Part shown: positions 23,598-36,300 of the stretch, in pieces
How the letters are laid out: the number at the start of each line of letters is the position of its first letter
Numbering within the stretch: position 1 is the first letter of the stretch
From: Callorhinchus milii
Taxonomy: Eukaryota
Direction: 5' to 3'
Assembly (NCBI RefSeq): GCF_018977255.1
Contig: NW_024704743.1
Span: 98,148,001 to 98,212,000 of the forward strand
Length of the DNA: 64,000 bases
Notes under the pieces: generated by a model
Databases searched by the model: none
Seen by the model: the letters and a program-made list of their open reading frames with translations, nothing else
Told to the model about the DNA's origin: nothing
Made by a program: the position numbers and the translations under genes

Positions 23598-25502
23598 GTT
23601 TACTCTTCATTTTATTATTTTTAACATCACTTTCCGTTGGCATATTTTGTAATAGGAGAGCATTTTTCATTTAATTGGGTCATTTGATGTGGTGGTCGGA
23701 AGGAGCATTTATTTTGAATTTTTTGGAAAGAACTCCTCGTAGGCTGTCAACTCTTATCGCATGTTTTCTCTTCAACCTCATGGTACAGCTCTGTGAGCTT
23801 ATTGATTCTTTTGTCATGTTTGCGGATGTTTTACGATCTGCTTTCATTACGATATACAGGACATGTAAGAAGCACATCATTTATCATCTCCGCAAGAAGT
23901 GTTGCAATTTGCTAGATTTTTTTTGCAAATTTTTGCTGCAAAGAAAGAGAGTGATCTTTCACAACACTGAGCATTTAGTTTAACATTGTAATTGTTTTGA
24001 TACAAACAGTGTTGTATATCGAACCGAGCAAGAGCCAGGAAGAAGGGAATCATTATTGCATCAAGCTGCATCAATAAAGTTTAAACACTCATTTCAAGTT
24101 TGGATGTAGGACCTTTCAAGGGAAGATATCTCAAGATGCTTCACAGGATTTACCAGTGACTGCATCCTGCAGGCGTATAAGGTCTAACTGTAAAAGCTGC
24201 TTTGGAGACCTAAGTGATTATTAAATCTAAATATCCAGGTGGTGGTAAAACAACTGAAACCACTACTGCTGGCTTCATGTCCCCAAGCCGATCTAGCCCT
24301 CCATCAGCAAGTGGGCTTTTGGGATTTCTGCCCCTGTGTCACTTTTCCACACAAAATAATTCATTTTAAATCTCATTGAAAAGTATTCACATTCAGCCAA
24401 GGAAACACAGACAATAAACCCATATGCTGGGCATCTGAGGACCCTATTCAACAATGTCATTTATTGTGATTTCGCCTATAAATACACAGTCACTGCAATT
24501 TATAGTAAATCATGTGAATTGATTCAAAATATTTTAACAATGTGATAAGACTCTATCAAATGGAAGGATTATTAGTATTATTAGTTATTTCTGGTGTAGG
24601 TTACAGTCATCTTTTTTTTACATAATTTTTTATATTGTAAAAGTTTAAGCAATGTAAATGCAGAATAAAACTTCCAGCAAATTTTTTTTAGCAATTGCAC
24701 TTCCTACACAATTTCACGGTTGATGTGATTTTCAAAACATTAATCTGTCACAAATGACCAGGTAGCAGTAAAATTATTTATGCTAGTTTCTCACCTGCAG
24801 AGAGAAAAATACATTTAAGTAGAACAATATGTGTGTGCACCATATTATTTATGGTAGATACTAATTCACTGTACTTTCATAATATATTCTATTGTTTGCA
24901 ATATATACTGAATATTATTTATAATATGTACTGACTGAGTTACATATCATGCCAAATGTTGGTTATAATGCAGACTGGCTACGTAATTTAAAAAATATGT
25001 TGTTAGTCATGTTATCTAAGCTATGTTCTGTACTGACTGGCTGTGATAGAGTTATACAATGGGTTGAAAGATGTTCTAATGTAGATTTAATATGATATTA
25101 TTGTATTGAATCTGTTATGAAGCATTCCGTTTTTTACTCCAATAAATACCATGCAGTAGAATAATACTGTTGTTTTGTGCGAGGTTATGAACCTCTGATT
25201 TCTTCTGCCTTTTTCTCTATGTTTTTTCCCAAAGACGAACATACCATCAACAGCTGAGAGGAGAGGCTGCTGACTGATCCCAGGACTTCTTTCTTTTTCT
25301 CTATAAATTTAGCATGTCCAATTATTTGTCCACCCACTGGCATATGCCTCTCTGCTGTTGGTCTGCTTTTCTCTTCTGGGTTATGGATCCCATTGGATGT
25401 ACTCTGGTATTGGTCGTTGTTCATTGGCCATTGTTCATGGGTGAGCCTAAGCAGTGAGTGTTGGCCGTCAGTGTTGACAGCCCATTAGTCTGTAGAGAGC
25501 AT

Positions 25503-25911
25503 GGAGTCCTGCGACTTAGTGGTTGGAGCGCTCGCCTCGAAAATTAAAGGACCTGGGTTTGATTCCCGGCAGGGCTAAACGCTGGGCAAGTTCCCTTACT
25601 TCACATTCCTCTGCTTACCTGGCATTAAGTAGGAACCTAGTTGTTAGTCGATTGGAGGATCACTTTTCCGGGGGTAATAATCCCTTAAAAAATAATAATA
25701 AATAAATAAAAATAAATTTTAATTTTTTAAAATAATTTGGTCACTTAATCCACGACTCTTAGTGGGACAACTTTGTGCATAATTGGCTGCCGGATTTTGC
25801 CCACAAAACATACAGTCAATTCACTTAACAGTATCTTCTGTGAAGTGCTTTGAGACATCTAGAAGATGTTATAAGGTGCTATGTCAAATGCAAGGATTAT
25901 TATTATTATTA
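25503..25911 (+). mobile_element. Long-form tRNA-Ala-headed SINE inserted in an older repeat
   Basis: Full length; flanks rejoin as GAGAGCAT|CACAGCC of the older SINE-like element (~25430-26025). Confidence 0.9.
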
Positions 25912-26699
25912 TCACAGCCTAACCTGACCTCTCCCCACCTGGCTCCCAGAAGTTCATAAAACCAGTAGAGAGTGCTGAAATGAAACCAAGAGCTGGAACC
26001 CTGTCTTATTTTAGCCTCCCCATTGAGTACTGATTGCTCTGCTCAAAGATACAACACTAGACAAAAATGTAACTGTTCAACATGCTGTAGCTCTTGCATT
26101 TTCTGTTAGATGTTGGATGACGTGTTCTTTAATCCTCTCACTTGATTAAATTTAAAACATAGAAGTTGGTTTATTCTATTAAACCTCCAAGCTGTTCCTC
26201 CTGTTCCGAACACTTCAATTCAAAGTAATGCTAATGGCTTTGTTACATCTATTGCACAAAGCAGCAATATTTGACAAATTCCCCCGCGCTACCGTATGAT
26301 GAGCTCCAATACATAATTAAAGTTTAAACTCATTTCACTTTGGAAATTCTGTCATGCATTACAAATAATTAAATGAAATTTACTGAGTTAAGCCTGTTTG
26401 TGGTCATAAAACCTAATTCAAATTTCACTTATAAAGCTGGTGGCATCAGATGGGGTCTTTGTAAGAAAGATGATCTACATTAAATGTTCAAGAAATGTAC
26501 CCACAAACAGCAAACATTATAGAACATTATAGAAACTAACCACACATTCCCAAATGTCAGTATGAAGATATTAATTTTTTTAACAGACAGGGTTAGTTGG
26601 CTTCACTTAAGTGCACAATATTTCTAAAAATAGACCATTTCATTTCTCTCAGGTAGAAAAACTAAACCAAATATAGCCTGTGGTTTTTTCAAACTAGCT

Positions 26700-26970
26700 C
26701 TGCGTTTAGCAAGCTCCATTGTCTTTCGTATGAAAGGTTAAACCAAGGTCTTGTCTGCCTCTTTCTGGCAGATACAAAAGATCCCACGATACTATTTAGA
26801 GAGAGAAGGCTGTTTTGCCCATTATCCTAGTCAACAATCCTACTTATTAATTGATCGTGCAACTCATGGCTTTTTGTAAAACCATTGTTGTGAACAAATG
26901 ACTGAGTATTTGGCTACAAAATAGTCACTACACTTGACAGAATGTACTTGAGACGTCTTGACATGATAAA
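26700..26970 (+). mobile_element. Deu-SINE, headless and decayed
   Basis: GTTAAACCAAGGTC..AAAGATCCCACGATACTATTT core. Confidence 0.6.
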
Positions 26971-27047
26971 CCCAAAATGTATGTTTATTGTTTAATATTT
27001 TAGTTGCTTCATGTTGTTTTAACAAATGTTTCATAGATTCATACTTT

Positions 27048-27970
27048 CACATGCGAATGACACCCAACTCTATCTCTGTGCCTCCACCCTTGACTCCAGG
27101 ACCACTGCTGTGCTGTCTGTCCACTGTCTCTCCTGGATGAGAGCTAACTTTCTACAGTTGAACGTCAACAAGACCGAGGGTCCCCTGATCGGCTCCCGTC
27201 AGCGCCTCCTCACCTCAGGCGCTGACAGCATCACCATCCATGGTTGCACACTCCACCTTGCTAAGCCAGTCCGGAACCTTGGGGTCTTGTTTGACCCTCA
27301 ACTATCCTTTTACCCCACATCCATGCCATGACCTGCTCTGCCTTCCCCCACCTTCGCAACATTGCCCGGCTCCACCACTATCTCACACCGCAGGCCGCTG
27401 AAACCCTCATACACGCATTCATAACATCGAGGTTTGATTACGCAAACTCCTTGCTTGTCAGCCTCCCCAACTGCAGCCTGTGTCCTCTTCTGCACCAGGC
27501 TCTGTGACCCTACCATCCTCAACCTCACCCAACTCCACTGGCTTCCCATTACATAGAGGATACAGTTCAAGATTCTGGTCCTCACCTTCAAACCCAACCA
27601 TGGCCTTGCTCCCGCCTACCTCTGTGATCTCCTAACCCCCTACAAATCTGCCTGGTCCCTCCGTTCAGGGGGCTCCGGCCTGCTTCATGTCCCCCACCTC
27701 GCCCGCTCCATCATTGGTGGGCAGGCCTTCTACCACTCTGCCTCTACCCTCTGGAACTCCATCCCACAGTTACTCCCACTCACCATCTCCTTTGCCTCCT
27801 TCAAGACCCATCTCAAGACCCTCCTCTGCGATCACCCTCCTTCCACCCCTGCCCTCCACCCTACCCGATCCTGACCCCCAGCTTGGGTCTGAAACAATGA
27901 CTGTCCAGCGCCTTGGGACGTCTTCCCGACGTGAAAGCCACTGTACAAATGTAATTTTGTTGTTGTTGTT
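27048..27970 (+). mobile_element. L2 subfamily B, 5'-truncated
   Basis: [32 protein letters not shown]-type 3' UTR and (TTG)n. Confidence 0.92.
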
Positions 27971-29360
27971 GGTGTTGATTTGTGTCTATTCTCAGGTTTG
28001 CTCCCTTGTTGGAAGATTTCATGCAGTCTTTTAAAGCACCCAAGAGCTTTCAATTGATTGTTCTTCAATGACTGTAAAGAGTAGATTGTGCTAACAATCA
28101 GGTAAGTAGAGTTCCATAATCAGGTGTTTTTGCCGCACATGTCCTACAAAGCAGGAAGTAGAAATCAAACCTTCTGCTGAGATCGCCATACTGACAGGAG
28201 CAAAGCAACTTGGCTTCATCAGTAATATAACCACAATATGAATTCTAACTCTCTCCAAACTCCCAATTCCTAAACCTCCTAGCATTCCCAAATAATCTTA
28301 ACTGCTTGAGGTGAACACATCATTTTATTCATTTGGAAGGGAAAGTCTTCAAGAATCCTTCACCTGTTCAAAACCAGAGGACCCTTCACCTGCTTGCACT
28401 GCCACTACAATTCCTAGGAGGCACGAGAGTACAGATACAGGGGCTGGCCCAAAGTCTTTCAGATAACTCCTAAGTATGGAAGGAACAAGACTACTGCCAG
28501 CATCTCTCCATCATGCACCTTCCCCTATGGCTCGGAAGCCAAACTGCCCCCTCATGCACCATCTATTTTGTTAGGCAAAAGCGAATGCCAGTTCCGCACA
28601 GCAATGTCCCACAAACACCCGTGGAGTGATTTACCAATTTTATTTTGGTTATTGTTGGCCAGGACACCGGGATGATCCCCTTTGATCATCATTTGTGCAG
28701 AGATGATAGTGAGACCGTGAGAGATAAGCAACAGCATGAAAAGTACGTGTGTAGCATGTAAACTTTACTCATAAAATGGTGCTATGAGGTTACTTTCTAC
28801 AGTGAGATTCGATATCAATTTAGTTATTGAGTGCTGAATTCAGCCAACAGTCTAAATTGAGCTTTCTTTCTTCTTGCATCTTTGACAAACGTCTGTTTGT
28901 TTTTCACTCTGAATTTTCAGCTCTGACCTTTGAATTGCACTGTCCTCGGTGCAGTCCCTTTGCTCGGAAGCTTTGAAGTATAATCTCTGACAAACACATG
29001 AACAGGTGAAATGTCCTCTTACATTCATAAATGCAGAAAATCAATCCACCCAAGCTGTGCAGCTGATGTACAAGTAACATTTTTACAAGAGGCAGCTGTC
29101 ATATGGCGTACAACAGTTAAGTTACACAGCATGGCTGCGCTCTCCTTCAGTCATGCTGTACCAAAGTTGAGGCTGTGAAAGCAACTTTCTACCAGGGTTA
29201 CATGAAATATGAAGCAACCATTTGTATTACTATCCTCTGAGACTGACAAATCAATTGTTATTTCGTCTACAAAATTCACAGTCATTACACTTCACAGAAT
29301 CTTTGGTAGCATTGGTAGTATGAAGAATAAGTACCATATACTTTATATATAATATACATT

Positions 29361-29658
29361 AATAATGATAATAATAATCCTTGCATTTGATATAGCGCTT
29401 TTCACGTCTTCTAGACGTCCCAAAACGCTTCACAGAATATACTGTAAAGTGAATTGACTGTATATTTGTGGGCGAACGCGGCAGCCAATTGCGCACAGCA
29501 ATGTCCCACAAACAGTCACGGATTGAAAAAGACCAATTTATAATTATTTTTTTTTGGAGGGATTATTATTAGGCGTGTGGAGAAGAGGCCTGCCTCGAAT
29601 TGAACTCAGGTCTCTCGCTTGCAAAGCGAGTGCTCCAACCACTGAGCTACAGGACTCC
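29361..29658 (-). mobile_element. Young short tRNA-Ala SINE (small internal deletion)
   Basis: Matches the family except for a ~20-nt gap after the tRNA head. Confidence 0.92.
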
Positions 29659-29799
29659 ATGAAGAACCATAAGCATATTAAACATATTCTTTAGGATCGA
29701 AGGTATGGGGTATGAGGTATATGGGTTCCCTTCAAGAGTTACACTTTCTGTTACCTGGTCTCATCTTCATCTCCACGAGCAGTTTCTCCTCTAGCCACC

Positions 29800-30018
29800 G
29801 CAGGCTCTGTCCTTGGTCCCCTCCTCTTCAATATCTATTTGCTCCCTCTTGGTGACATCATCTGCAGGCATGGGGTCAACTTCCACATGTATGCGGATGA
29901 CACCCAACTCTACCTCTCTGCCTCCACCCTTGACTCCAGTGCTGTCCGGACAGAATGTCTGTCAGACATCAAATCCTGGATGAGAGCTAACTTTCTTCAG
30001 TTGAACGTCAACAAGACC
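29800..30018 (+). mobile_element. Internal L2 RT fragment
   Basis: [33 protein letters not shown]; no 3' end. Confidence 0.88.
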
Positions 30019-30992
30019 CCAAATGGTGTGTTGAGAGGGTTCAGTGATGATCAACAATTAGACTCCTGTCTTCCATTATGTTTTTGTTATTTTTAGCTGT
30101 ATCTTATGATTTACTGTCAATTTTTATATTCTTCCTCACCTCCATTCTCCTCCAATCTTTCTATCATTATCTTAACAATTTTTCTACCTAGCCCTTCATT
30201 TCCCCCCCAACCCCGTTCCCCCACACCACCACACCCCCATACCACCACACTACTGCTCGTTCTCACCCTTATAATCCAGGAAGTTGATATGCTACAATTG
30301 GATGTACTCCACGTTGCTCTCACTTCCTAATCTCAATTACTCTGGTCCCACAAAGCATATCCATGACCAGATTTTGACTAGATTTTTAAAATCTTATTAA
30401 AGAAACAATTGTGTGACCAGTTCTTTAATCACATAAAAAATTCCTTTTACAAGTCCTTGCAGCAGTGAGATCAATGCCCTGGTATAACCATTACCCCAAG
30501 AGGCTTTTATCAGGCAAGCTCCAGTGTGGATTTGCAATTGAGTGTCTCAAACCTGATTTGTAATGCACTTTTTTTTGTGTAGTGAGGATTTTTGGCAGGA
30601 TTTTTGTGCAAAGTGATTTAAACCAAGTATAATAAACACAGAGGATGATAATGATGTGAGCAAGTTATTTGACTTAAATCATTTCGCAGCACTGGAGGGC
30701 ACTCATTCAGCATCCGTACTCAGTACTTAAATTGCAGTCAGCTTTACCATTGTGCTTTTGCCAACATGTTTTTACAAGGGTGAAATCCCATTAACCACTG
30801 GTATTACCAACGACGCTGCGTGTAATGCCAACTGAATTCCAGTCCACACATTTCTAGAGGAAAGCAGAACAAGCTGAAGGTTAACCCTCTCTGACAATAA
30901 AAGTATTTGCCTTCCACAAAACTAAAAAAAACTACAACACTAGGCAATGATTCATAAAATGATTGGAAACAATTTCAAAGTGAGGTTTAAAA

Positions 30993-31090
30993 CAACAACA
31001 ACAACAAGATTTCATTTATAGAGCACCTTTCACGTCGGGAGGACATCCCAAGGCGCTGGACAGTTGGGTCGGGACCCGAGCAGTGGGAAA
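30993..31090 (-). mobile_element. L2-A tail-only insertion
   Basis: Last ~95 nt of L2-A with (TTG)n. Similar tail-only copies at ~23050-23110, 32245-32312, 52540-52612 and 55968-56023. Confidence 0.85.
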
Positions 31091-31869
31091 AATACAGGAT
31101 AAGATATTTACCTTACTACGATAAGGTTGGGTAAATAAGTGCCAAAGTTACCATGTAGAATCCTGGTGATTTACCTATTGCCTGTTTGAAAATATTGATT
31201 TACAACATGCTCGAATGTATAAACTTACCAGAATGTATACATCAGTCCAATTTGATTGTAAATACAATTGTCCTGTATTAAGTTAGCACATATATCTTTC
31301 AGGATTCATAATATTTGCTTAGAGAAGTTGAAAGATTATTCGTAAGCACCGCTCCCTCTCCATCAGAAAGGGAAAAACATCACACGTAAAACATCACATT
31401 CCTCCACTTCCCCACCTCCCACCCCAACCCTATCAGCTCCCACTGCTGCCATTTGCCAGATTACCTTTCTACAGTTCTCCAGGAGGGAAAGAGCCCATAT
31501 TTTTGGAGCAGTATTTTATCCCATTTAAATTGAAATACCTGCCACAGGCAGTGTGTTGTAAACACATCCCAAGGACATTTAAGGAATCTTTAAGGAATCT
31601 AAATGAAAATCTGTTCCGTGCGTAGGCCAGTAGGAGAAGATCAAAACAGCAGAGACCACGTTCGACGAACACAAATAATAAAGATAATCCTTACATTTGA
31701 TATAGAGCCTTATCACGTGTTCAAGACATCTCAATGCGCTTCACAGAATCTACCGTAAAATAAATTGACTTTGTGTTTTGTGGGTGAAACTAACCATTAA
31801 ATTAATTAGAAAGTAACTAGGAAACAGCAAAGAATTTTCCTTTTTCCCTCACAAATAATAACTCAAGGG

Positions 31870-32115
31870 CATATATTTAAGGAATCTAAATGAACAAAGC
31901 GGGAGGTTGGAATTTTTTTACACACAGAGGGTTCTTTAAATGTAGAATACCCTATCTGGAACCATGTTGAAACAGAATCCTTATTGTTATCTATGAGATA
32001 TTTATATAAATATCTGAAATGGAGAAATATGGAGAACTGGACTGAACAGATTGTTTGTTCAGAGAACCAGCTCAAGCACAATGGGCCAAAAGGCCTTGTT
32101 CTGTGCTGCAAATTT
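31870..32115 (+). mobile_element. CR1 3' end
   Basis: TTTTTTACACACAGAGG (FFTxR) and ATGGGCCAAAAGGCCTTGTTCTGTGCTG 3' end. Confidence 0.7.
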
Positions 32116-32396
32116 TTATGGCTTTATCGGGCTTTTCATTCAATTTGCTCAGGCTATTAAATCTCCTGTGAAAATGTCCAAAGTTCCTTTTAACCCCCTC
32201 TCCCCCTTCCCAAAAGTAAATCAAGCAGACTTCCAAAATCCTTGACTGTCCATCACCTTGGGATGTCCTCCTGACATGAAAGGTGCTATACAACTGTACA
32301 TTGTTGTTGTTTATCAAGAAATGTATCCTTTATTATTTGTCTTCCATTGGGCCCCTTCCTTGATAAGACATTTTCAAGATTCCAGCAACCCAGAGA

Positions 32397-32652
32397 GGTC
32401 ATGAATTCTACCTTGTCTCAGCCTGCAAAACTGTCTTGTCTTAAAATTTAAGATTGCACAGAATTATGGAATATTCATAAACTCGCAGCATCGTAAATAG
32501 ATATGTTTTGATTTGGAAGCCAGTAGTATTTTTTTTTAAAAATCACAGATGATTCTAAATCAAAGACTTAATCAAAGAATTTTTTTAGATATCTGTGTGA
32601 TCTTAAATTTTGGTCTTGTCTTATTGGCTAAGACTGGGTGAAATTTCAGGGC
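32397..32652. mobile_element. Fold-back MITE-like element
   Basis: Long imperfect inverted arms (AAAATTTAAGATTGCACAGA vs TCTGTGTGATCTTAAATTTT); related to 50615-50830. Confidence 0.7.
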
Positions 32653-33189
32653 TCTTTGCAGGAGTCATCCTGATCCACAGAGCATTCAATCTTCTTTATC
32701 TGTATTTATCGTTATACCTCCCTTTCTTTTTTAAAAAATGGTGTCAATCTTCATAGCACGAACTGCTATAACAGGCGCTGCAGTCCACAATTTGAGGAAA
32801 GCGGGGGTGGGGTCGGGGGGNTGTTGGAGGGTGGGCGGTAGCAAGGCTTGAGCCTTTACATTGCCGTTGTTCTGTATCCACATTCCAAGTGGAACAATCT
32901 GCTTCTGAATGGTACACTTGAATAAGAGCTAAAGAAGCTCACTATGTACATAAGTGAGCATCTGTCACTTGGAATCATACCAGATTGTAGCAGTATGCTC
33001 GTGAGCACTGCAATGCTGTACTGCTGCTCTTTCCAGACGGATCCATCCATACGTTTCTCTTCAAGTATGGTTACTGTACTCAACAACAATTCCCTGTGAA
33101 GTGCTTTGAGTCTTTTTGATGTTATACTTAACACATTGCATCAACTTTGTCTCCCTAACAGTTTCTTCTCACACCTACAGAAATCCCTC

Positions 33190-33372
33190 ATGGCTCCATC
33201 CTTGGTCCCTTCTATTTCCTCATCTAAATATTCCCCTTGATGATGAAATCCTCAGTCACAGGGTTAACTTCCACATGTATGCGGAATACATCCAAATCTA
33301 CTTTTCCACTTCTACTTTTAATTGCACTGATATTCTGTCCACCTTCCTGTCAGACATCAAGGCCTGGATGAG
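33190..33372 (+). mobile_element. Decayed L2 RT fragment
   Basis: HRVNFHMYAEYIQIY..LSDIKAWM. Confidence 0.75.
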
Positions 33373-33976
33373 CCTCAGATGTGGTAATTCATTATATGTG
33401 ATTCTACATAATGTGTACCAGCAGATTGTTTATTCATTGGAGACATTGTCCCCAAAGCTATTCATATCCTCCCCGATATCCACACAGATAATCTCTAGCA
33501 AGAGTCACTGGACAGTGTTCAGGAGAAGGAATGGTGGTTAATTTTTCCTCTCCCTATGCCAGATGCACTGCTACTCAGCTTAGATCATTAAGTACATCAC
33601 AAACAAACCAGAGCTCAAACCTGGTTTGACCTCCCAGGTCTGTATAGCTCAAGATCCCATTAGGTATTGTGCTATTCTATGAGCATGAAAATGGCTACCA
33701 CTGCTTGGTGGATATAGACTAAACTCTGATTTATATTAATAATAATAATATAAATTGGCTAAATTAAGACAGCATCCTGCCTAATGGCAATCTGATTCAC
33801 ATCAGACAAGTGCAATGGGCTCTGTGAGGCAGCTTCATGCCCATTATGGTAAGAATAACAAGAACAATAACTTAGAGTACAATCAACAAATTGACATCAG
33901 TAACTGCTGAGTTGACTGAATGCATGCTCTTTTCAACCAAAACGATAATTATTATTGATGTAGCAGACTTGTCCTC

Positions 33977-34432
33977 ATAGAATCATAGAATCATAGAATT
34001 ATACAGCACAGAAGGAAGCCATTCAGCTCATCCTGTCTGTGCCGGCTCTTTGAAAAGAGCTATCCAATTCAATCCCACTACCCTGCGCTTCCCCCATAGC
34101 CCTGCGAACTTGTCCTCCCCAAATAATGATCTATTTCTCTCTCAAAAGTTCTTATTCAATCGATTTCCACCACCCTTTCAGGCAATGGTTTCCAGATACG
34201 AACAACTCGCTATGTGAAAAAATTTCTCCTCACCTCCCCTCTGTTTCTTTTAACAACTATTTTAAATCAGTGTCCTTGGGTTACCGACCCACCCATCAGT
34301 GGAAATAGTTTCTCCTTGTTCACCCTATCGAATGCCCTCATAATGTTGAAAACTTCTATTAAATCTCTTCTTAACCTTCTCTGCTCAAAGGAGAATAATC
34401 CTAGCTTCTCTAGCCTCTCCTGATAACTGAAG
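33977..34432 (-). mobile_element. CR1 LINE 3' end, relatively intact
   Basis: Minus ORF FSYQERLEKLGLFSFEQRRLRRDLIEVFNIM..TQGH; terminal (ATTCTATG)n repeats. Confidence 0.92.
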
Positions 34433-35549
34433 TTATCTGGATCAATTGCTAACAATTTTTTTTGGCTAAGGAGAGGTTGAATTTCATCCATCCTTAACAA
34501 ACCAGCTGGTGAAAAAAACATATACAAAAAGAAATAATTTAAAGTCCAATGTTGGGCATAATCTTCCTTAAAAAAAAGGCATTAGGACCTGGGAAATTAC
34601 TAGTGTGAAGGGATATGCTGCCATCTAGTAGTCTTTGTTGCCATTATCTTACATCAGCGTTAAATAAGGAATACCGCTAGTTTCACCCTAATACTAGATT
34701 TTCACTGCATGCATTTACAGTTCCTGTTGTGGCTGTTAGTGTTAATGCAATAAACCTGAAATAGTTAAATCAGTATACTATAAAGAGTAAAATCTGAGGG
34801 CCTCTTTAAAAATAAAGTTGCTTTCATATAAATTGATGAAGTCCTAAATTTAAGTGATGTGCATTGACCTAACCCAGAAATGCCACTCTGATATTTATGT
34901 ATTCTTTGCTGCACTTCAGAACACATTGCTCCATAAACCTGGTTTTAAAAATAGCAAGGGCATACTTAAAATAGCCAGAGTATTGAACGCAATCACGGTA
35001 TCTACTGCTGTGATGGATGGTGGTTTGCTTCAGTCGATGGCTTATCAGGTCTTCATGGTACTTGAAACACACTAGGGTAATTAGTAAATGCATCATTATG
35101 CATGACTAGTGCTGCAGTAGCACTTATCAGAGTAATGAAGGTCTGAAAATGCCGAAATGGCACACTAGCCATTTAGTAAATGTAGCAGATCTGTTGTAGA
35201 GTCCTCCTCATTCAACAGCAAATACTTTATGAAACAATTGCAGGTATTCCAAAGATAAGCTATCCTGTAGATATCTGAACAACCTTGCATTTGTTTACAC
35301 TGCACATTTGGAGGAGAATCAGCATGATTTGGGTTTATTCCCTCAAAGTTTGTTGACTGCTCTCGGGTGAACAGAGGAACATTTGCCAAACCTATTTTTG
35401 CGCTGTTGAAAAAAATATCATGTGATAGGCTCTTCAATATTTAAAAAAATCCTGCATATTATTTGATCAGTCGCTTTATGGCTCTTAGTGGGGTGTTAGT
35501 GTGAACCTTAGCTGCCACACTTGCCTATAAATAAACAATCACTACCTTG

Positions 35550-35990
35550 TCTTTTATCACATCCAGGCTGACTGCACTAACTCCCTGCTCAGTGGACCTC
35601 CCAAATCTCCCCACCACAGACTGAGAATTATACAGGACTCTGCAGCTCATGTCCTCTTGTGCACCAAGCTCCATGAGTCAATCGCCCAGTTTCACTGGCA
35701 CCCCATCCCCCAGAGGATCGATCTTAAGATTCTCATCCACACTATCAAAGCCCTCCACAATCTTGCTCCTCTCTACCTCTTACCAACCTTCCCGCGCCCC
35801 CTGCTCAACAGTTACTGGCCTGCTCCATGTACCACATTCTCCACTGTCCATCGACGATTGGGCCTTCAACCTTTCTGTCTCAACCCTCTGGGACTCCATT
35901 CTGGAATGCTTTGGCCTCTCTCCCTTGCTTACCTCCTTTAAGGCCTGTCTCAAGACCTTCCACTTTGATTGTGCTTCGGTCAACCTCCCA
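35550..35990 (+). mobile_element. Old L2 C-terminal fragment
   Basis: FHWHPIPQRIDLKILI..KALHNLAP. Confidence 0.8.
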
Positions 35991-36300
35991 CTGAGGCTCT
36001 CACACCAACCCCTAGCTCTGGTGCTAGGGGTTGGTGTGAAGGCCCCTGGGTTGTGGGTTCAAGCTAAATGTCGGTACTTTGAGCTCAATGGCTGACACTC
36101 CATTGTGATTCTGGGGGAGCTGTAGGTGCTGTCCTTCATTATTGCTTTATTGCTGTAGTTGTTCATGTTAATAATAGTAATAATCCTTGCTTATGTATAG
36201 CACCTTTCATGTCGGAAGGAAGTCCCAAAGTGCTTCACAGTATTTTACTGCAAAGTGTTATGACTATGTATTTGTAGGCAAACGTGACAGCCCAATTGCA

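Noticed and set aside
28921..29005. Plus-strand exon TTTTCAG..CAG|GTGAAA
   Set aside because: Stops in all three frames and a weak donor.
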